A stretch of DNA of 61,978 nucleotides, counting the filler, from Choristocarpus tenellus KU-1152 (Eukaryota > Protista > Phaeophyceae): assembly GCA_964200185.2 (NCBI GenBank). It is 9 parts of 9 records of this genome, joined end to end, with 100 filler letters (N's around TTAATTAATTAA, not from the genome) between each part and the next. Parts side by side here need not be neighbours in the genome. Positions count along the whole stretch, not along the records: positions 49,553 to 57,429 come from CAXNAD020005456.1; positions 57,530 to 61,978 come from CAXNAD020014496.1; 7 more parts are not named here. One strand, given 5' to 3'. The position numbers and the translations under genes are program-made. This document shows, piece after piece, positions 53,602 to 61,978 of the stretch. The notes under the pieces were generated by a model. The model was not told the DNA's origin, did not search any database, and was given only the letters and a program-made list of their open reading frames with translations. Position 1 is the stretch's first letter. Each line of letters starts with the position of its first letter.

Positions 53602-55819
53602 ATTACCTCGTTAGTGATATCAGGCCTGGCTATGGTCACCAACCAGATTATTAACCCCACTGCTTTCCTGTATGGAGTAGATGGGTTCGGCTCCACACAC
53701 AAATGCTTCTCAGACAGATGTCTGGTTGTAGATCCAGGCATATCATACTCTTTGGTGATTCAGAGTGTTCCATCAGCCGTTCCACATATGCTTGCTGATC
53801 GATGTTCAGTATCCTCATAATCCAATCCCGTGTAATATGACATCCCATATATAGCTTTACACCCCCCAAATCCTTCCAGGGAATCCCTTGTTCTGAGCTT
53901 CCACCACTGCCCTGCCCTTTGTTAAAGTATCCCCAAAATCATCAAAGAGGGTAAAGGTGATAAACCTGGCGAGATTACTTGGTGTCTGTAGAGTGATTGA
54001 TTAAATTTAGGTGGGGCATGCAAGTCCCCATAAAATCATAAATATTTCCTTTTATATGAGAAAGATTCTCCTCTAACTATTCACTAGTAAAAGGTTCTGA
54101 TAACTCAACCACTAATTGATTGTTCCGTTACTCCATACATATTTTACTGTAACTGTCCGATAGAGTTGGAAGAGTCTAATCGAACACCCTTCTCCTGTGA
54201 GAGACTAGCCATCAACAGATGATCCACATGCGTGGCTATCAGCACTTCCATCACCCCATTTTTCACCAGACAACGCAAACAGGGGTCAGCCTCGCATAAC
54301 TTGAAATCTAGCCCCTTGAGAGTCCCAACTAGTTTCAGATGCCAGTTGTGTATTGCCTGTGCCAAGCTATATAAAGGCCTCTTGAGCTTCCTTACCATTC
54401 CTGAAGGTGCTGCCACATTCTCTGGCAGTTTGATGTAAATATTCTCCATGACATCCGCTGGCACAAAAGTCTGTCCCACAACAGCATGTCGTAGCTCCAG
54501 GTCCTCAAATACAGCAATTGAAATCACCAACCGTGAGGTTCTTGTCGAGGGAGTAGGTGTGAATTTCTCGTTGTAGTCCAGTTCAGGGATCTTCCTGTTT
54601 CCCATGACTACCAGGCGGGCTTTGCACCTGGCCACTTCTCCCTCCGAATTTGCCTTTCTCTTAAATATCCATTTGGTTCGCACCACACGGCAATTTGATG
54701 GCCTTTCCACCTCCTCCCAAACCCCGGTCTCCACCACTTTTGCCAACTCTGTCTTCATAGCGTCCTGTCAAAATGGTTCCTCTGGAGACTACAAAGCTTC
54801 CCTTCCTGATCACTGCTCAGGCAGCCATTCTATCAAGAAACGCCATGGACATTCTAGCAGCATCATGCACCACTTCCTGAACAACTAGAGCTTTGGCTAA
54901 ATGAGCCACTGGCGCTTCCCCTGATTTATCTTGGTTCCCTCTCCTGATGGCCCTCTGCTGAGCCCTTCTCGAACATGCAGATTCAGATGGGTTAGAATTT
55001 GGGGAAGGGATAAATCAGCTAACTCATACAGCATTCACTTCGCAAGATATGGTGTAACCCCTTCCCCTGTTGCGCAGACTCAAGAGTCCTCCCTGCGAAC
55101 AGTCAGCTCACTATCATCCCCTAATTCCTCAAATGACGTCCTGGGTAAATCCAACAACAGCTCAGGGTCCTCAGCTATAATTTCCCCGTCATCCTGAGAC
55201 ACTAAAGGTGTGTGTGTGTGCCATGTCACAGACTGTCTGATCAACAACTGGTTTGACCTCTCGTGGAGAACTTATCAGGAACCCCTTGGGTCAATAACTG
55301 GTTTGATCTCTCGTGGAGGACTTCGCCAGGAACCCCTTGGGTGATGTTCATTGAACCCTATCAGCAAGCATTTGGATCCTTGCACATGTGCTTTTTTTTG
55401 GCCATCCACATGTATCCCACAGTCCCAAAGCTTGGCAGTTCAGGTACCTTCCGCGGTTCACCATGCCAGAGCTCGTATGGAGAAAATCTACTCCTTATTG
55501 GCCCAAGTGACACACATATTACTCAGATGACAAGCATGATTTTGAGCTTAGTTCACAAATTGAGTCGGCCTTGAAGTCCTACACAAACCATCATCACCAT
55601 TGCTTTCTCAGCAATCAGTCCCAACGCTTGTTCTGCCACACCATTGTACTCCAGGCTAAAAGCACCACTATACTCCTGACGTATGCTGTGCTTCCTGATT
55701 AATGCTTGGAAAGCCTCACTCACGAGTTCTCCTCTCTCATCGCTCCGAATACAGCCAATTTGCATTCCTCTCGATATAGCAACGTCCGAAATGAATCCGC
55801 GAGTACATCTTCGGCACCA

Positions 55820-56070
55820 GAGTCAAAGAATTTAAGAGGCTAGGGCCGCATCCGTTCGGGATCATAATGTTGCGATTTGGACGAATTTTGGCTATCGTGT
55901 TTGTTAGCAAGGTTCAGTATCCTTGCTTCGGATACACCTCTCATAGTCGTATACATTGTAGGTAACTGTGTTCACACGGAAAACCGAGAAGGGGCATCAA
56001 AAACCTGTAGGAAGTCAAGCCCTGGACGGACAAACAGGGCAAACTACTACCCTCTTAAATGCTTTGGGTC
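55820..56070. mobile_element. MITE family A, diverged copy inserted in Copia integrase
   Basis: 251 bp, TSD ACCA (55816-55819, 56071-56074); removal restores FLTKKDGAEDVL. Confidence 0.85.
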
Positions 56071-56724
56071 ACCATCCTTTTTGGTCAGGAATCGCATCCA
56101 CTCCATCTTGGTGTAGTCATCAATGAAGATCATGGAATAATAGCCGCCCCGAAAAGGTGCACATTACCATCTTAGGTCCACTCAAATCAGTAAATACCCT
56201 CTCAAGTTTCTTGGTTGCCCGAGATTCCGAGGTTTGTGGCACTGGAGGACAGTGACCTTTGGGTTGTAAACTTCTCACTTACTTCATTATCTCCTCACCA
56301 CAACACCATCAATCACCTTCAGAACACGACAGTATATAGGCACCATAAGAACAGTCGCTTCCCATATGTATCACACGTACATATGTCACATCACTTCCCT
56401 CACCTATCTCCTCACCTATTTCCTTACCTATTCCCTATTCCCTCACCTATTGATTCAAGTTTGTCCTCTTGTTACTTCTTTTTTTCCCCTTTCTTCTTCT
56501 TCAGACAAGAAGTTGTCAGTTCTATACCAGGTATTGATTATTATTTTTCCTTGACTGGCCTTACCTCGTCGCAATACATCATGCTCAATGTGCAATACGT
56601 GTACGAGACACATGTAAGAATGCAATATAATTAGTGTAACATCCTTCGAAACCCTTCTCAGCTAAGGTGAAAGGCCTCTTCACAGAGCATGCATTTCTTC
56701 ATCTGATCGTCGCAATGAATGATC

Positions 56725-56970
56725 ACACATTTCACATCAACCATAGTCTGTTTGAGTAAAACATGTTGTCAGACGTACGAGAACAAATTTCGGACCAACC
56801 ATATCCTGATTGTGTAAAACATGGCGTCAGACGCACCAGAAGAAGTTTTCTTGCAACTATGACAAACACCTTTCTCTAAACGTGCTAACCACAGCACAAT
56901 CAAACATTTTCACATCAATCATTATCCGATTGAGTAAAACTTGTCATCAGTCCTACCAGAACAAATTCAT
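56725..56970 (+). repeat. Three diverged ~50-nt direct repeats (..ATTGAGTAAAAC..TCAGAC..CAGAACAAATT)
   Basis: Copies begin near 56742, 56801 and 56920. Confidence 0.6.
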
Positions 56971-57063
56971 CGGTGCTTGGTTGCACTATGATACGTACCC
57001 TTCGTCACAAACTAGACGATGCACAACAATACAAAACACATACGAACTCAGGTTTCAACAGTG

Positions 57064-57429
57064 AACAGCCGATCATCAAAAATGAGGATGAGCAAGACGC
57101 GGATTGGTGTGCGGAAAGTGCACATATGTTGGGTTTTTTTAATGTTGCGGCACTTTTGAAGGACCCTGTTACGAATGGAAATCCATCCCGACGAAGGTGG
57201 TAGTAGGACAGTGTGTGGGGGGCGGCAACGATTTCGTTTGATCGTCATGTACATGTATGCCCTGCGCTGGCTTGCTTGCGTGAATAATTAGTGCGGTCAG
57301 TGGAGTCGTTTGACTGTCGATGGTGGCGGTGGTAGAAAATAATAGTACTTCGAAGTAGTTTTTTTCGGGGTGGCGTCTCAATGTCATTAACAGCCGATTT
57401 CAAAAATTGAGGATGGAGCTTTTCATTGA
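57064..57429. mobile_element. Two family B MITE left ends (57064 and 57389; second cut by contig end)
   Basis: AACAGCCGAT..AAAAAT(T)GAGGATG at both sites; the first also shares GCGGAAAGTG with the element at 57705. Confidence 0.65.
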
Positions 57430-57529
57430 NNNNNNNNNNNNNNNNNNNNNNNNNNNNNNNNNNNNNNNNNNNNTTAATTAATTAANNNNNNNNNNNNNNN
57501 NNNNNNNNNNNNNNNNNNNNNNNNNNNNN

Positions 57530-57939
57530 AATTTTGGCTATTGTGTGTGTTAGGAAGCGTCAGTCTCGATGTTCTGGACACACCTTTTAATAACATACAC
57601 ATTTTACCCACTCCGAAACATTTTGGCGAAGGAAAATGTAATAAAACGCCCATAGGAAGCCAAGCCCCAAATGGCCAAACAGGGCAAAACTCGTACCCTC
57701 TAAGAACAGCGGATCAAGATAATGGCGGATGGATCATTTCATGGAGAACGGATTTTTCCCAAAATGGTGCGCGGAAAGTGCCCTTATGTTTTTGCATGGA
57801 TTCCCATTCAAAAAGGGGTCCTTAAAAATATATATATATGGGAACTTTCCGCGCACCATTTTGGGAAAAATCCATTCTCCATGAAATGATCTGGACCATC
57901 CGCCATTATCTTGATCCGCTGTTTAAGATACTTTCACTC
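57530..57939. mobile_element. MITE family A (5' truncated by gap) carrying a nested family B element
   Basis: Internal sequence matches family A; its TIR TACCCTCTAAGATACTTTCACTC is split at TAAG. Confidence 0.85.
57705..57923. mobile_element. Foldback MITE (family B termini) with ~80-bp TIRs
   Basis: AACAGCGGATCAAGATAATGGCGGATGG..CCATCCGCCATTATCTTGATCCGCTGTT; TSD TAAG (57701-57704, 57924-57927). Confidence 0.9.
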
Positions 57940-58662
57940 TAGAAGTTGCATTGACAAGTTGAGGAAAACAATGGTCAATGCAAACTAATACGAAATGCCA
58001 CTAGGTCTACTAGAACAAAGCACATTGATGTCCGGCACCATTTTCTGAGTGACCTAGCGAGTTAAGGAAGGAGAGATTCGTGTTGTTTTTATGGGTACTG
58101 AAAACCAGAGGGCAGATATATTTGACCAAGAATTTGCCAGTAGGAATTATTAGAAAACATGTAAATTTTTTAATGTACATGTAGAGGGATAATATGTGGG
58201 TAATATATATATGTGAGTTTATGCTTATTGTTTTCAGAAAGGGGAGAATGTCGCAACAACTAGTTTTATGCGTACGTTGTGTGCTGATACAAGCATACAA
58301 CATCGTATGACAGTTTCATGTACGTTTATCTTTAGTCCGGTACGATACAGAGTAATAATGTACATAGTGATGATGTACATGATGATCATTATCATCAGTC
58401 TTTGACCGTACCTCAGGGAATGGATGGCTAAGACAGGAGTCCATCGGATAGTTGATTAGTGTTTGTTCACCATGTAGTCTACCAGCAGCTCTTGGCGACG
58501 AGCCTCTCCTGCACAAACCTACGCAACGAACGGGCACGTAGTAGTAAGCATAGCTTTGTTATAAGTAGTCTTACGCTTTTAGACATTCTTGTTAATCTCG
58601 GCACTGTGCACGAACATTGGTATTAATTGTCGACCACCCAATACGAATATCTAACCTTAACA
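57940..58662 (+). mobile_element. 3' end of a Copia element: RNase H tail, PPT and LTR (58249-58662)
   Basis: RTKHIDVRHHFL, ENQRADIF; PPT AGAAAGGGGAGAA followed by TG..CA. Confidence 0.8.
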
Positions 58663-58725
58663 AACGTGGGATTAAATCCTAAGTGGTCTCAGACAACGCA
58701 TGATCATGACAACTGTGGAGTACAA

Positions 58726-58975
58726 TGTCGAATAACCTAGTGTTATCCTTACGTTGTTGTCTGTGCTGATACAATTATATAACATAGGTTTCATGTACGT
58801 TTATCTTTAGTTCTTTACAATACTATGTGGTAACGTGCATAGCGGTATGGTGGGCCAATACTAGTGATACTGGGCACCCAGTAGACAATAATGCAGTGTA
58901 TGTTTTACCGTGTGACTCAGCTACTAGCTTTCGGCAACGAGCCTTTACAACGTCAAGCTTCTCAACATACAACAC
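58726..58975 (+). repeat. Second, diverged partial LTR related to 58249-58662
   Basis: Shares TGTCG start, TACGTTG..TGTGCTGATACAA and GTTTCATGTACGTTTATCTTTAGT. Confidence 0.65.
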
Positions 58976-58999
58976 CAACTAACATGCGAGGAACGACAA

Positions 59000-60420
59000 A
59001 GTGATCTCTAAACGTGTTCCTCTTATGAAGATGATCTCGTTGACATGAATGATACTGTAAGCCATTACGAAGGGGAATTTATGACTTATAAGTAGTCGTT
59101 TCTTTTTTGAGAGGTGGGGTGAATCTGGGGACTCCAAATATCTGAAATATGGTTCAAACTCAGACTCCTGCTCCTTGCGCAATTGCTCCAGATCCAGTGT
59201 AGGAAATACGGCATTGGAGCTAGCTAAATGATCACGATCACTTTGGACGGGTGTTGCTTGATCAACGTTAAAAGTAGATCATTCATATTCCTTTTGAATA
59301 CTTGTGGTAAACGTATAGTCATCACTGGATATATTACGACAGATGGGTGCCAGCATTGGAGCAACGAATTTCTCTTGTTCTCTCGAACTTGAAAATACGA
59401 CATAGAAAGTCAGGTATAACATTTAGCTTACCGGGTTTGTGTCTGACAGTGAAATCATGAGCAATAGCCTAATGAGTAAGCATATTACTGATATCCTGCA
59501 TTCTATACAAGTAACAAAATGCAGTATGATCTGTAATGCGGGTAAATTGTCTACCCCAGAGAAACGGTAGCCAGTGATGTGATAGCGGTAACGACTGCAT
59601 GACATACAACCCTCTCTCAAATATAGTTCAATAGTGACGTTGGGCTTCATTTAATTTCTTGTTGGAGTAAACACTGATGCCTAGGTCATTAGAATTATCG
59701 GATAGGGGCTGTGCTAAAAAAACTCCAGTACCAATCTCACTCACACCAACATGGATGACGATTTCTTTGATAAAGTTAGGAAATACGAGAACCAGATCTG
59801 TAGTTCAACAAAGTTTTACTTTGAAAAGTGACATATCCCGGTCCATTCCCCATTCTTTAGCAATGTTCTTCCTGACACCGTTCTTAGTAAGAACGAACTA
59901 ACGGTTCGATGACTGTATCTGGGTTGGTCAAAATTTCGCACACAAATTTTACAATCCTAGGACAGATCGAAGTTCTTTGATAGTGGTGAGTTTAGGTAAT
60001 TAATTGATCGCACGAACCTGATCTTCACTTATACAAATCTCCTCAGGAAACAGATATGATCCAGATAATGGGGCTTGTGTAGGCCCGATTGAATCGTTGA
60101 CAGCTTCAAGGTTAGATCTGCTGCTTGTAGAGGTTGGAACTGCTGCTGCAACAAGCGCAAATGTTCTTCCCATGCAGGAGGACAAGAATCACATCATCCA
60201 TGAAATGACCAACTACTAAGTGGGCCAAAGTTGTCAAAAAGGCTAACAACATGATTATTTGAATTGCCAAGGAGCATTCTATATCCCAAACACCATCCTC
60301 TGGAAAACATGTTTGCCTCTAGAGGTGACTTAAATTTCTGCAAATACGACCGAGTCCTCTCCGACAGGATGTATAACTCAACTAACCAAGAATATGAAGA
60401 AGTATGGTTGCATGACTTGG
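59000..60420 (-). mobile_element. Degenerate Ty3/Gypsy RT-RNase H remnant
   Basis: FQRMVFGI*NAPWQF, FMDDVIL, VRAIN*LPKLTTIKELRSVLGL. Confidence 0.75.
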
Positions 60421-60424
60421 ACAC

Positions 60425-61337
60425 TCCACCAAGAGGGAAAACCCAGCCCATATCATCACCCCATCACCACCTCTCTGCCGACTCATAAACTCCTCAGGCT
60501 CATCCCTCAGATCATGCCAGTACATTTGGAGGCCATCCGGTCCATCTAGGTTGAATTTATTTTCGTCTGTAAATACGACATCACCCCATCCTGGCCCCCG
60601 CGAGACATTTTCCATGGCACACCGAACCCGTGCTTCCTTGTGCCGAGGTGTCAGGTCGGGGGTCCGCATTCACATACTTTACACGATCGTTTCATCATCA
60701 TACAGACAGCGCTGAACTGTACGTACGCTACAGTCAAGATTGAGAGCGTTTCGGAGCTCCCTAGCACTCAACTTGGAGTGTTTTGCATGCCGGACAACCT
60801 GACGACGGGAAGAAGAGGTGAGTTTGGACGGCCTTCCTGACTTGGGTGCACTTCCATACGATGATGGATCCTTCAGGAACTGTGTTACCACAGTTTTCGA
60901 CCGCCCAATGAGCTCCGCGATCTTCCTATATGGCTCTCTCGAACCTTGTGGAGGGCGAGAACCATCCCTTTCTCCATCTCAGTGAGTTTGGACCCTCGAG
61001 GCATGACTCGGACAGTGTTGAGAAACTTGGCGCATGTAAGGCTCGTCGCCGGAAGCTAGCATTTGAATTACATGATAAAGCACACACTGAATTATTGTCC
61101 GCAGGGTATTGTCCACTTTATCACCATCTTTCTCATCTGGTCTTATACGTTTGTCGCAACCTTTCACGACACGTTTCGTACCTACCCACCTTTGACGGTT
61201 ACAGAAGATCTCCAGCCAAGCAGAGAGGGGCAAGAGGTAGAATGAATTCGACTGGATAAAAAGATACCTGTTTGTAATTTAGTTCTCCTTGCTTGTTCTA
61301 CGATTTACGGGTGGTCTTGTACTTTTGGCGCGGACTG
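60425..61337 (-). mobile_element. Tc3-like (Tc1/mariner) transposon, 3' truncated
   Basis: TA + CAGTCCGCGCCAAAAGT end at 61337; transposase from ATG 61004: MPRGSKLT, GRPSKLT, VVFTDENKFNLDGPDG, VMIWAGFS, with frameshift and stop. Confidence 0.88.
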
Positions 61338-61978
61338 TACTCTACTTCATAGCATTATGCACACAATAGTGTATGCAAAATTGATATTCTCCCTATATAC
61401 ACACACAAAGTGATACCACAATTAAGGAAAGGCTCTTTCTGCGATAGTACAAAACGACATCTTTTTTTGCCCTTTCTCGTGTTCCTTAAAATGCAACCCT
61501 ACGTACCCCTCTGTTGGATCGACTCTTGTCCGTGTTTGAACAAACACTACTATTTGGCGATGAGATTGCATACTTACATCCACCGATAGAAGCACACAAC
61601 CAACAGTATTTGGTTGAAGGCATACTAAAAAGTACTTGAAACTAGATGATGAGGTGTGTAGTATGTGATGTATTACTCTGTGGTGCACAACACTACTGGA
61701 TGTAAGTTTGTTCAAGTCCTACTTTTTGTCTGCACCTTACACCGAAAGCGAAGAAAAATACGACTCAGGGCACTCAACATTCGCAAGGACTTCATAACGT
61801 ACAGCCATTCTCTACCACATACACACTCACACACGCAGAGCCAAACACAGGTACCTCCTCATTAACACAAGGTACACGGGGTCTTCCATGTCTTTAACTA
61901 GAACAAGATGTTGAATTATCCCACACTGGACCCGCGGCTTTTATGGTGCTTTAATGAAGGACAAAGAACAGCTTGATA

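Larger units (their letters stand above)
52950..56250 (-). mobile_element. Degenerate Ty1/Copia pol (integrase, RT, start of RNase H) with two MITE insertions
   Basis: FIDDYTK, IRSDERGE, YNGVAEQ (integrase); TKWIFKRK..CKARLVVMG, THVDHL, PYRKAVG..ARPDITNEV (RT). Confidence 0.9.

Noticed and set aside
56725-56970. CRISPR-like repeat-spacer pattern
   Set aside because: Repeats are diverged and unevenly spaced, the context is eukaryotic, and no cas genes are present.
11032-57529. Recurrent TTAATTAATTAA palindrome within N runs
   Set aside because: Assembly linker with six-frame stops, not biological; adjacency across linkers is unverified.
1-61978. Endogenous giant virus (phaeovirus) insertion
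   Set aside because: No intronless gene-dense stretch or NCLDV core gene motifs seen.

Overview
Eukaryotic, intron-rich, TE-rich genomic DNA. Gene content and splice pattern point to a photosynthetic stramenopile, most likely a brown alga or close relative (inference). The window is nine contigs joined by artificial N-TTAATTAATTAA-N linkers. Genes reconstructed by hand from GT/GC-AG exons: 3' part of midasin (MDN1); a complete 7-exon secreted protein with two tandem discoidin/F5-8C-like modules; a histidine phosphatase (PGAM family); a plant-MKP1-like dual-specificity phosphatase with a gelsolin-like region; a fragment of a p10-before-p20 (type III) metacaspase; an SLC25A33/36-like carrier with a signal-peptide-like extension and LRGG motif; and, head-to-head with it, a calpain-like gene lacking the catalytic Cys. 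Mobile DNA: three degenerate Copia pieces (LTRs recognisable for two), Gypsy and LINE remnants, a Tc3-like and a plant-type mariner remnant, and two MITE families with 4-bp TSDs (GAG..CTC and AACAGC..GCTGTT), one nested in the other. A ~155-nt structured sequence occurring twice in midasin introns has H/ACA-like architecture and is the best candidate for an undescribed ncRNA. All family assignments are from motif recognition by eye; no database searches were run.
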